64,000 nt of DNA from Pseudomonadota bacterium (GTDB lineage: Bacteria > Pseudomonadota > Alphaproteobacteria > Rhodospirillales > Rhodospirillaceae). The translations under genes and the position numbers were made by a program. Below the pieces are notes generated by a model, which saw only the letters and a program-made list of their open reading frames with translations, was not told the origin of the DNA and did not search any database. The stretch covers positions 84 through 64,083 of the forward strand of contig JAIUPE010000002.1 in the NCBI GenBank assembly GCA_020160875.1, read 5' to 3'. This document shows, one piece after another, positions 21,541-30,209 of this stretch; positions within the stretch are counted from its first letter, which is position 1, and the number at the start of each line of letters is the position of its first letter.

Positions 21541-21594
21541 GAACCCTTTCCGCCGAAGAGGAAGCCGGGGCGGCGCGGAAAATGCGATCCTAAT

Positions 21595-22188
21595 TTAAGC
21601 GAAATCGGCCGCCAACGAGGCACGGCTGTCTTCCGATAGAATGGCGAGGTGTCCGTACTTGGGATGCGTGATCCCAAGGGTGACGTGTGTCTTTGGCGCG
21701 CGGAACGCCGCGACTTGTTCCGGCGTGAAGGTGAAATGCAGGAAGTGCACGGAGGATGTCTTGCCTTCCGGCGTCGTGCGGTCCATGTCGTCCTCGGGGA
21801 CGGCGATCACCGTGTGACCGGCGAAGCTCAGACTCACCATCGTTTCAATATGGCCGAGCCCCGCAAGGGTGCGGCGGCGCACGCCTTCGTCCTCGATCTC
21901 GATCATCATGGTGGCGACCAGCTCATTGCCTTGCGGAATAAGCGGATTATACGCCGTGAGTTCGCCTTCGATCTGCTCGTCGCCGCCGCGTTCGATGTAC
22001 AGCATCTCCTGCACCTGCGCCCACATGGTGTCGTAGTTCTCGAAGTAGAGCGTCACATGGGGGCCTACATGCAGGCGGCGCGGACGCTTCACATCCACCA
22101 GCTTGCGGCGGTGCTCGGCGCGGATCTTGGTGTATTGGGACATCGGCATGATGTCCGCGGGGGTAATGACTCGATTAGCTTTCGACAT
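21595..22188 (-). CDS. DUF3501 family protein
   Basis: 197 aa from the internal Met (cat at 22186-22188). It sits in the conserved position downstream of a CCG-domain Fe-S protein and rubrerythrin. Confidence 0.65.
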   Translation of the reverse strand: MSKANRVITPADIMPMSQYTKIRAEHRRKLVDVKRPRRLHVGPHVTLYFENYDTMWAQVQEMLYIERGGDEQIEGELTAYNPLIPQGNELVATMMIEIEDEGVRRRTLAGLGHIETMVSLSFAGHTVIAVPEDDMDRTTPEGKTSSVHFLHFTFTPEQVAAFRAPKTHVTLGITHPKYGHLAILSEDSRASLAADFA

Positions 22189-22296
22189 TGTCTCGGCGCC
22201 TCCGCGCGCGCCCCGGAAAAGTGGAAACGGTCGCCGGCGTAGGCCGGCATCAATTAAATCGCACACGTACGCGCGCGTGCCGGAAGGGCGGGTGTC

Positions 22297-23640
22297 TCAA
22301 GTAAGTCCGTAGGCCTTTGCGAGGATCTCGATGGGATGAAAGGCCCGCTGCCCTTCATGTGAAGCGTTATCCAACTTCTCGAAACCCTGCGCGATATGTT
22401 TCCCGGCGAGCGGGCATTCTGACGCCACGAACGCTTTGTTTGCGTCCGCCGTGCGGCGCACGGTCTGGCGCGCGAACTTGGTGGCGATATCGAAATTCCC
22501 CTTGCGTATGCCCCACGATCCGCCATGGCCGGAGCAGCGTTCGATCACGCTGACATCCGTATCGGGGATTGTGCGCAGCATCTCGGCGCCCATGGCGCCC
22601 ATATTCTGCGCGCGCGCATGACACGCAAGATGCAGCGCGACGCCGCCTGTCACGGTCGTGAGGCCGGGCGCCATGCCTTCCTTGTCCGCGATATCCACCA
22701 CATACTCCGAGATGTCGTAGGTCGCGTGCGCCAACGCCTTCACGTCCGGGTCGTCGGGCACGATCAGCGGCCATTCGAATTTCATCATCAGCGCGCAGCT
22801 TGGGATCAGCGCGATCACATCCTTGCCTGCTTCGATATGCGGCTTGAAGGCGCGTGCGATGTCCTTCGCTTTTTCCGCGACGCGCGCGAGATCACCCTGC
22901 TCCAACTGCGGCATGCCGCAGCACCCAGGATAGATCACCTCGGTCTCGACTCCATTCTTGGCCAGCACTTTGAGCGCGGCCTCGCCGATGTGCGGATTGT
23001 TGTAGTTGGCGAAACAGGTCGCGAAGATCACGGCCTTGCGTCCGAACGCGGGCGCGTCTTTGTTCACCGCCGGCGGCGCATCCTTGGCGCGCGCGACAAA
23101 CGTCCGGCCATGAAACTTCGGAAGCTCCACGTTGCGGTCGACACCGGCGACCTTTTCCATCAGTCCGCGCGTCATCGTATTGGAACGATCAGATGCCCAG
23201 TTGGCCAGCTTCGGCGCGATCGCCGCTAACCTCCCGTTCCGGTCGGTTTCGGTGAGCTGTTTCTCGTAGAATGGCGTTCCGCCGCGCTTTTTGCGCTCGG
23301 CCGCGCGGTAGCGCAGCATCAGGTGCGGGAAGTCGATGTTGAATTCATGCGGCGGCACGTAGGGGCACTTCGTCATGAAGCACATGTCGCACAGCGTGCA
23401 GGCGTCCACGACCTTGCCGAAGTCCTCGCTCTTGAGGCCATGCACCTCGGCGTCGCCCGCTTCATCGACCATGTCGAACAGGCGTGGGAACGAGTCGCAC
23501 AGATTGAAACAGCGGCGGCAGCCGTGACAGATGTCGAATTGGCGGCGCATCTCTGCGTCGAGTTTGTCGGCGTCGAAGTAATCCGGGTTCTGCCAATCGA
23601 TGACGTGACGCGTCGGCGATTCAAGGCTGCCTTCTCTCAT
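22297..23640 (-). CDS. (Fe-S)-binding protein, heterodisulfide-reductase D / GlcF-like with CCG domains
   Basis: Two ferredoxin-type clusters ('CHGCRRCFNLCDSFP' and 'CTLCDMCFMTKCPY') and two Cys-rich CCG-like segments ('PGCCGMP' and 'SECPLAG'). Confidence 0.8.
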   Translation of the reverse strand: MREGSLESPTRHVIDWQNPDYFDADKLDAEMRRQFDICHGCRRCFNLCDSFPRLFDMVDEAGDAEVHGLKSEDFGKVVDACTLCDMCFMTKCPYVPPHEFNIDFPHLMLRYRAAERKKRGGTPFYEKQLTETDRNGRLAAIAPKLANWASDRSNTMTRGLMEKVAGVDRNVELPKFHGRTFVARAKDAPPAVNKDAPAFGRKAVIFATCFANYNNPHIGEAALKVLAKNGVETEVIYPGCCGMPQLEQGDLARVAEKAKDIARAFKPHIEAGKDVIALIPSCALMMKFEWPLIVPDDPDVKALAHATYDISEYVVDIADKEGMAPGLTTVTGGVALHLACHARAQNMGAMGAEMLRTIPDTDVSVIERCSGHGGSWGIRKGNFDIATKFARQTVRRTADANKAFVASECPLAGKHIAQGFEKLDNASHEGQRAFHPIEILAKAYGLT

Positions 23641-23682
23641 GCGTCGGGACTCCTGGTCGCTTAGGCCAAAAAGTGGACATGT

Positions 23683-23728
23683 CGGGAAAATAAAAACGCC
23701 GGCAGGAGCATTGCGCCCCGCCGGCGTT
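23683..23728 (-). terminator. Rho-independent terminator after rubrerythrin
   Basis: The minus strand reads AACGCCGGC-loop-GCCGGCGTTTTTATTTTCCC. Confidence 0.7.
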
Positions 23729-23750
23729 CGTAGCTTTGATCAACCGAACG

Positions 23751-24170
23751 TTAGGCGAGGTTGTCGAGCGCCTTCTGGAAACGGCCGGCGTGCGACTTCT
23801 CGGCCTTCGCCAGGGTTTCGAACCAGTCGGCGATTTCGTCGAAGCCTTCGTCGCGCGCGGTCTTGGCCATGCCCGGATACATGTCGGTGTATTCGTGCGT
23901 TTCGCCGGCGACGGACGCCTTCAGATTCGCTTTGGTTTCACCGATCGGGAAACCCGTGGCCGGGTCGCCGACCGCTTCGAGATACTCAAGGTGGCCGAAC
24001 GCGTGGCCGGTTTCGCCTTCCGCGGTCGAGCGGAACAGCGCCGAGACTTCGTTCTGACCTTCGACGTCGGCCTTCTGCGCGAAGTAGAGGTAACGACGGT
24101 TCGCCTGGCTTTCGCCGGCGAAAGCGGCCTTCAGGTTTCCTTCGGTCTTGGAACCTTTCAACTGAGCCAT
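23751..24170 (-). CDS. Rubrerythrin-family (erythrin-like, diiron) protein
   Basis: '[23 protein letters not shown]' and '[13 protein letters not shown]...[14 protein letters not shown]...AEKSHAGRF'. Start at internal Met (cat at 24168-24170). There is no C-terminal rubredoxin domain. Confidence 0.85.
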   Translation of the reverse strand: MAQLKGSKTEGNLKAAFAGESQANRRYLYFAQKADVEGQNEVSALFRSTAEGETGHAFGHLEYLEAVGDPATGFPIGETKANLKASVAGETHEYTDMYPGMAKTARDEGFDEIADWFETLAKAEKSHAGRFQKALDNLA

Positions 24171-24293
24171 GGAAGTCTCCTTTCTCGTTGTATGTGACGT
24201 AAACCGCAATGAGAGGCGCCTGGCGCCGCCGCGGCGGAACGCCGCGAAATGTGACGACCCGTTGTAAGAAGACGGGTCTAAGTAGTCAAGTTG

Positions 24294-24310
24294 ATTAGAA
24301 TTTTTCTAAA
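24294..24310. promoter_or_regulatory. Iron control element (ICE, Irr-binding box) candidate
   Basis: ATTAGAATTTTTCTAAA matches TTTAGAA-N3-TTCTAAA at 16 of 17 positions. The core TTAGAA-N3-TTCTAA is a perfect inverted repeat. It lies about 125 nt upstream of the rubrerythrin start. Confidence 0.65.
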
Positions 24311-24341
24311 CTGCGAAAGATTCTTAATTGGCGGGCAGGGC

Positions 24342-24770
24342 TCAATCGCGCACGCGGATGATGACATCCACGCGCGAGATCGCGGAACCGCCAGGTGCCT
24401 CGGGCAGCGCCGCGATGCGCACGGAATCAGGCGGGATGTCTTGCAGCTCGCCGGTGCCCTCAAAAAAGAAGTGATGATGATCGTCCGTGTTGGTGTCGAA
24501 ATACGAGCTCGACGAGTCCACCGAGATTTCGCGCAGGAGGCCTTTCGCGGTGAAATCATGCAGCGCGTTGTAAACGGTGGCGAGAGATACGTTGACGTGC
24601 GTCTGCTTCGCTTCGTTGAACAGGCCTTCCGCCGTCACATGGCAGTGGCCGCGTCCGAACAAAAGCTTCGCGAGCGCGAGGCGCTGGCGCGTCGGCCGCA
24701 GGCCGCTGGCGCGCAACTTCTCGAGTACGGTCGTATCGGGCGCTGACGTCTTTTTCTGCTGTAAGTTCAT
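24342..24770 (-). CDS. irr: Fur-family iron response regulator Irr
   Basis: 'GLRPTRQRLALAKLLFG', 'VSLATVYNALHDF' and 'YFDTNTDDHHHFF'. The HHH motif and overall sequence closely resemble Bradyrhizobium Irr. Confidence 0.85.
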   Translation of the reverse strand: MNLQQKKTSAPDTTVLEKLRASGLRPTRQRLALAKLLFGRGHCHVTAEGLFNEAKQTHVNVSLATVYNALHDFTAKGLLREISVDSSSSYFDTNTDDHHHFFFEGTGELQDIPPDSVRIAALPEAPGGSAISRVDVIIRVRD

Positions 24771-25287
24771 TGTGGTTGTCCCCCCACTTGGAAATAGAAT
24801 AGGGCCAATTCACTGTCTTTAGAAGCGGTATAACAATATTTCTTTAGGTAGGGACGGTATCCACTCGAGGCATCTACAAGGGTCATCTAAGTGCCCTTGG
24901 CTCCCTAGGCAATCGGCTTCCTAGGTATCGCTAAAAATGTGTCCTGATGAAGATGCACGAAAAAGGTGGTGGACCGGCAAGGCCATTGGGGATGAGGGGG
25001 AGGGGGAAACAGCCTCACCGATCCACCTTCGGATCCCGTTGGGGATCACAAGCAAAACGGGTTTTCTACTTTTTCTCGGACAGCTTCCGGATCGTGCGAA
25101 AGCCGTCTGCCCATGTTTGCGAAGATGCCGGCTAAATGTGGTTCAACTACGGCTGCGATCTTACAATTCTGTTATCCCTATCATCATGCGCACGGCAAAA
25201 TTTTCGCGCGCGTAAGACGCGCAACGCGTCTTCACGCGCGATCGGCGCGTGAAGGCCTCAGCTCACCAAGTTGCGAAGTAAAGCTCG

Positions 25288-25812
25288 CTAGCGCTGGTCG
25301 TTCATATGCGCGAGAGACATGCCGAGCAGTTCGATACGTACGGCCATCGGGCCTTTCTTGCCCGAACGAACGTACATCCGCACATGCTGGCCTGACTCCA
25401 GGCGATCGAGATTGGAGCGCTGCAGCGCGCCGATGCCGATGAAAACATCGGCGCCGCCGCCCGCGGGCATTCCAAAGCCGTAGCCTTTGTCGACGGCGAA
25501 GAACTTGATCTCGCCTTCGAGCACGCTCTCCTCGCCCTCGCCCATGGACTCGTCGTCTGCGACGGTCGAGTCGTCGACGCGGCCGATGATCGCGACTTGC
25601 GGCCCGCGCGGGCCGTCCGTCAGATCGCAGATGATTGTTGCGCCTTGGCGAAGCGTGCGCAGGCCTGCGCGTTGAACGACCGACACATGCAAGAACGCGT
25701 CTGCCGAACCATCCATCGGTGCAACGAAACCGAAACCCTTCGCCGGATTGAACCACTTAACTTTCGCGGTTACGCCTGATTTGGCAGATACCGCCACTGA
25801 AGACGTCTGCAT
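25288..25812 (-). CDS. Cold-shock protein with two tandem cold-shock domains
   Basis: Two CSDs ('KVKWFNPAKGFGFV' and 'EIKFFAVDKGYGFG'), as in alphaproteobacterial two-domain Csp proteins. Confidence 0.85.
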   Translation of the reverse strand: MQTSSVAVSAKSGVTAKVKWFNPAKGFGFVAPMDGSADAFLHVSVVQRAGLRTLRQGATIICDLTDGPRGPQVAIIGRVDDSTVADDESMGEGEESVLEGEIKFFAVDKGYGFGMPAGGGADVFIGIGALQRSNLDRLESGQHVRMYVRSGKKGPMAVRIELLGMSLAHMNDQR

Positions 25813-26026
25813 TGGAAATTACTAACCCCCACCCCAAGGCCTAAAAACACTACACCAAGTTCCGGTTGCGCATCAAAGGACTCACGCGCGCATTCGTGAC
25901 TTGCGGCCTTTCAGGGAATGATGAAGCAGAGGCGGCAAGGCCCTCCCGGCCCGGGGCGGCGGATGGATGTCTCCATATATGGTGTGTCGGCGTCCCGAGG
26001 TATGGAGGACGAACTTTCGCCAGCCC

Positions 26027-27526
26027 TCAACCGCGCGGCGGTGTCAGCACCCGGCCGACCGCTTCGCGCCATCCCGCCAGCATCGCGTCGCGCCGCTCCG
26101 TGGTGAGCCGCGGATGTGCCGAAAAATCCAGCTTCCACGCGGTTTTTATCTCCTCCGGCGAGGCGAAGATCCCCGCGCCCAGGCCGGCCAGGAATGCGGC
26201 GCCCAGCACCGTCGTCTCCCCGTAAACCGGCCGTTCCACCGTGAGGCCGGTGACATCGGCCAGCATCCGCATCAGCCATTTGTTGGTGACCATGCCGCCG
26301 TCCACCCGCAAGGCCGGCGGCGGGTTGATCCCGTCCTGCTGCAGCGCGGAAAGCAGGTCGTTCGTCTGGAAACAGACCGATTCCAGAGCCGCCCGGACGA
26401 TCTGCGCGCGCCCCGAGTCGCGCGTCAGACCCAAAATTGCCCCGCGCGCATTCGGATCCCAATAAGGCGCGCCGAGCCCCGTGAACGCCGGCACGAAGTA
26501 CACATTGCTCGGCGCTGCATCGTCGAGGCTGGCGGCAAGCGCTTCACTCTCGGCTGAACTCTCGATCATGTGCGCGCCGTCGCGCAGCCATTGGATCACG
26601 GTGCCCGCATTGAAGATGCTGCCTTCCAGCGCGTACGTCGTCGCGTCCTTGAGGCGATAGGCGACGGTGGTCAGCAGACGGTGCTTCGATGTCAGCGCCC
26701 GCGCGCCTGTGTTGACCAGCACGAAGCATCCGGTCCCGTACGTGCTTTTCACGCTGCCCGGTTCGAAACAAGCCTGGCCCACCAGCGCGCCCTGCTGATC
26801 GCCGACAACGGCGGTGATCGGGATCGCCCGGCCGAACAACGCGGGGTCGGTTTCGCCATAAGAAGCGGCGGTGTCGCGTACGTCGGGCAGCATTTTCCGC
26901 GGTACGTTGAACAGCGCCAGCAATTCCTCGTCCCACGCGCCGCGATGGATGTCGTACAGCATCGTGCGTGAGGCGTTGGTGGCGTCGCTCGCATGTGTGC
27001 GCCCGCCCGTCAGGCGCCAGAGCAAAAAGGTATCTATGGTGCCGAACGCGAGATGGCCCGCTTCGGCGGCGAGCCGCACCTCGGCGCTTTGATTGAGGAT
27101 CCACTCGAGCTTCGTCGCCGAGAAATAGGAATCGATGAGAAGCCCGGTCTTCTTCTGGATCAGTGGCGTCTTACCTGCGCCGCGCAATTCCTCGCAGCGC
27201 GCCGCGCCGCGCCGGTCTTGCCAGACAATCGCATTGCCCACGGTTCTATGCGTGCGCTTGTCCCATACAACCGTCGTCTCGCGTTGATTGGTGATGCCGA
27301 TGGTGGCGATGCCGGCCGCACCACCCGCGGCCTCGATCGCGGCGCGGCATACGTCGACCGTGGTTTGCCAAATATCTTCCGGGTCGTGTTCGACCCAGCC
27401 GTCTCTTGGGAAAATTTGGCGAAATGGCTTCTGCGCCGTCGCCAGCGCTGCGCCTTTGACGTCGAACACGACCGCGCGCGTTGACGTCGTGCCTTGGTCG
27501 ATCGAAAGGATATGCGGCCCAGCCAT
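26027..27526 (-). CDS. glpK: Glycerol kinase
   Basis: 'ILSIDQGTTSTR', 'GITNQRETTVVWD' and 'GDQQGALVGQ'. 499 aa. Confidence 0.95.
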   Translation of the reverse strand: MAGPHILSIDQGTTSTRAVVFDVKGAALATAQKPFRQIFPRDGWVEHDPEDIWQTTVDVCRAAIEAAGGAAGIATIGITNQRETTVVWDKRTHRTVGNAIVWQDRRGAARCEELRGAGKTPLIQKKTGLLIDSYFSATKLEWILNQSAEVRLAAEAGHLAFGTIDTFLLWRLTGGRTHASDATNASRTMLYDIHRGAWDEELLALFNVPRKMLPDVRDTAASYGETDPALFGRAIPITAVVGDQQGALVGQACFEPGSVKSTYGTGCFVLVNTGARALTSKHRLLTTVAYRLKDATTYALEGSIFNAGTVIQWLRDGAHMIESSAESEALAASLDDAAPSNVYFVPAFTGLGAPYWDPNARGAILGLTRDSGRAQIVRAALESVCFQTNDLLSALQQDGINPPPALRVDGGMVTNKWLMRMLADVTGLTVERPVYGETTVLGAAFLAGLGAGIFASPEEIKTAWKLDFSAHPRLTTERRDAMLAGWREAVGRVLTPPRG

Positions 27527-27586
27527 GGGCGGTAGTCTAAACCGAGGATGCGGTTCTACGCGACGCCCTTGAGCGTGACCCTCAGA

Positions 27587-29545
27587 TCACGCGACTTCAT
27601 TGATGCCGGAATCGTCGTTGCCGCCCAGGATCGAGCTCCAGTCATAGGGCTCTTCTGCTACGTTGAAGTTCTGCGCCCATACCGGATCGGCGGCGCGTCG
27701 GTCGCTGGTGTTCTGGATCTGCTTTTCGGCGCGCTGAAGATTGCGCTCGGTGACGATCGCCATCCGTCCCGCGCCATGCTCTTTGTAAACCGCGAGCGCC
27801 AAACGGAACGCTTCGCCCGAGGCGCGCATGTATTCCCACTCGCCGGTATGTTTGGCGAGCAGGAACAGAGCCGAACCCAATGTGTTCTGGATCGAAGCCC
27901 ACTGCAGCGGCGCGGTGTCGGGCGTGCGCACCTGCAACGCTGAAACGCAGGATTTCACGGCGTATTCGAGGATCGGAACGCTGCGGATATTGTCGCCGTA
28001 GACCTGAAGGATCTGGGCAAGCGCGTTCGAGATTTCAGAAAACCGAATCGGATGCGTGTACTTGTTGAACACCTGGCGGGCGGCCTGGCAGGCGTGGATG
28101 GCTTCACGCAGCGCGTTGTCGTCGCCCATGACCATGTCGAGCTTATAGAGCACGCAGCCCAGGCGGTACTTCACCAGGCCCCAGTCGATGATCTGGCGGC
28201 GGCGCGAGATGTGCATCAGCGCGCGGCGGTAAGCGTCGGCGGCTTGCTCGAGCGAATCCGAATCGCCACTGCGTTCGGCGATGATCTGCAGCGCGAGACC
28301 CAGTTGCTGGAACAATTGTCCAAGCATCGGGCTCTGGTCGCTGCCCAGCAAATCGATGGCCATGCGCCAAGCTTCGACGGCGCCGTGGTACCAGCTGCGG
28401 TCGCCTTCAAGCTGCGCGCACACGGCGCAGACGTTGCCGTAGCAGAACAGGATCGCGGCGCGTTCGGACGGTTCCATGCCCGCCGACGGCTCGGCGCCCA
28501 TGGCGCGCGCGGCAACGGCAATGGCGGGGAGCGCGGAGCGCAGGATGCGCCCTTGCGAGAAGCTGCGCGGGTCGATGGCGGCCAGGGTCACGGCGCGGAT
28601 CAATGGCACCCAGTCGGTATAGAAGTCGACCGGCACATTGAGCAGGTTCAACGCCGTGAAGCGGCCCGGGCGTTCGCCGGGACTCGATGCCGTGGCGGTG
28701 AAATGCAGCTCGATATTGCGGCCCGTCGGGTCGATATTGCCCCAGATGAGGAGATCGGCGTTCTGATCGGCCATCCACGCGCGCGCATCGCGTGTCGCGC
28801 GTTTCATCAGCTCGTCGTTGGCGGCCGCGCCCGGTTCGGTGATGCCGGGCACGAAACGGGTCAGGTCGCGGTCGATGGCCACCGTGCGCACGCCGGGGAT
28901 GCCATCAAGCGCCTGGATCAGGTTCTTGTGCTGCACGTCCTCGAAATCGTCGCGCAACTTCGCAACCATGACGAGGATGTCGCCCGGCGTCGGCGCCTTG
29001 GCGCGCTTGCCCGGGCGGCGCGTCGGATCTTTCACGACCGCGTCGAAGATCTTTTCAATGAACGTCGGCTTGCGGTCGCCGATCAGGTTCTGCGGCAGCG
29101 GGCGGCCGACCCTCAGAGGAGGAGGCGCCTGCAAGGGTTCCGGCTCGGTGACGGGGACCGGCAGATTGGCGGCGGCGGACCGGTAAGCGGCGGCGCGGAT
29201 CGGATCGACCTGGTCTGGGCCCTTCATGCGGCGCGCCAGTTTGGTCATCACCTTCAGCGCCGTATCCGGATCGGTCTCCATTTGACGCAGGAATTCGTCG
29301 CGTGGGATCGCCCGCACGGTCACGGCGCCGCGCGCGCGCGCGGTGGCGGTGCGTGGCGCATTGTCGAGGATACCGAGTTCGCCGAACAGCTCGCCGGCTT
29401 TCAGGCGCGCCATCACGGTCAGCCCGTCCGGGCCGTCCTTGATGAGTTCCACGGAGCCTTCAAGGACCTCAAAGGCCCAGGAGCTCGCGTCGCCCTGCTG
29501 GTAAATCGATTCGCCGTCGCGAAAAGCTTTGGTGATTGTTCTCAA
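27587..29545 (-). CDS. Cyclic-nucleotide-binding (CAP_ED) domain protein with uncharacterised central region and TPR-like helical C-terminal half
   Basis: The N-terminal ~115 aa carries 'GELFGELGILDNAPRTATARA'. The C-terminal ~300 aa is made of repeated helical hairpins. Confidence 0.75.
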   Translation of the reverse strand: MRTITKAFRDGESIYQQGDASSWAFEVLEGSVELIKDGPDGLTVMARLKAGELFGELGILDNAPRTATARARGAVTVRAIPRDEFLRQMETDPDTALKVMTKLARRMKGPDQVDPIRAAAYRSAAANLPVPVTEPEPLQAPPPLRVGRPLPQNLIGDRKPTFIEKIFDAVVKDPTRRPGKRAKAPTPGDILVMVAKLRDDFEDVQHKNLIQALDGIPGVRTVAIDRDLTRFVPGITEPGAAANDELMKRATRDARAWMADQNADLLIWGNIDPTGRNIELHFTATASSPGERPGRFTALNLLNVPVDFYTDWVPLIRAVTLAAIDPRSFSQGRILRSALPAIAVAARAMGAEPSAGMEPSERAAILFCYGNVCAVCAQLEGDRSWYHGAVEAWRMAIDLLGSDQSPMLGQLFQQLGLALQIIAERSGDSDSLEQAADAYRRALMHISRRRQIIDWGLVKYRLGCVLYKLDMVMGDDNALREAIHACQAARQVFNKYTHPIRFSEISNALAQILQVYGDNIRSVPILEYAVKSCVSALQVRTPDTAPLQWASIQNTLGSALFLLAKHTGEWEYMRASGEAFRLALAVYKEHGAGRMAIVTERNLQRAEKQIQNTSDRRAADPVWAQNFNVAEEPYDWSSILGGNDDSGINEVA

Positions 29546-29679
29546 AGCGCTTGTCCCACTCGCTAGGCCGGTCCTTCTGGACGGGCCTGTGATGACGCAC
29601 TTTGCCGGGGGGACCTTTAATAAACGTTAAGTCGCGGACGATGCGGGCGGCGGTAAGGTCGGGCCTTACCTACAAATAT

Positions 29680-29695
29680 TGATGTATATACATCA
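29680..29695. promoter_or_regulatory. 16-bp palindrome TGATGTATATACATCA (candidate MarR operator)
   Basis: Perfect palindrome sharing the 14-bp core GATGTATATACATC with the palindrome at the marR start. It lies upstream of the cNMP-binding gene. Confidence 0.6.
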
Positions 29696-30169
29696 TTAAT
29701 CGTGAAGGGCCGTCACGGCGCCGTTCAAAATGCTCAAAAGCTGTCCCGTTCGGCCTGCGCCTAGGCGTTGCGAGGCGTCGACTTGGATCGCCCGCCACGC
29801 CGGGCTGGCGGCGCGGAAAGCCGCCGCGCCCTCCGCCGTCAGTATAACCTGCCCCGGCCGCCGTCCCGCGCCCGGCGAAATCTCGATCAAACCCTGCTGT
29901 TCCAATGGCTTAAGAGTGCGGTTCAAACTGGTGCGGTCCATCGCCAGAATCTCACGAAGCGCGGGGATCGGCAGGGATGAAAAGGCGCTTGCAGCGGCCA
30001 GGATCGCGAATTGGCCGCTGGTAAGGCCGGTGTCGGCAAGGGCGCTGTCGTACCGGCGTGCGATCACCCGGGCGGCCCGGCGCACGTTATGGCATAAGCA
30101 GACCTCCAAGACCGCTTTCGGGTCGAGGTTTTCTGCGGAAGCGCTACTAGATAAAGGCTTGAGGTTCAT
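29696..30169 (-). CDS. MarR-family transcriptional regulator
   Basis: 157 aa. Winged-helix region 'GLTSGQFAILAA...LREILAMDRTSLNRTLKPLEQQGLI'. Confidence 0.85.
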   Translation of the reverse strand: MNLKPLSSSASAENLDPKAVLEVCLCHNVRRAARVIARRYDSALADTGLTSGQFAILAAASAFSSLPIPALREILAMDRTSLNRTLKPLEQQGLIEISPGAGRRPGQVILTAEGAAAFRAASPAWRAIQVDASQRLGAGRTGQLLSILNGAVTALHD

Positions 30170-30192
30170 AACGATGTATATACATCGTTATG
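30167..30192. promoter_or_regulatory. 26-bp perfect palindrome CATAACGATGTATATACATCGTTATG (candidate MarR auto-operator)
   Basis: Perfect dyad that overlaps the marR ATG (cat at 30167-30169). Confidence 0.65.
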
Positions 30193-30209
30193 GCGCGGCG
30201 GCCTAGCTT

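Noticed and set aside
28052-29566. 504-aa plus-strand ORF
   Set aside because: It is entirely antisense to the well-supported cNMP-binding gene. Its Arg/Ala/Gly/His-rich, low-complexity composition is typical of shadow ORFs in high-GC DNA.
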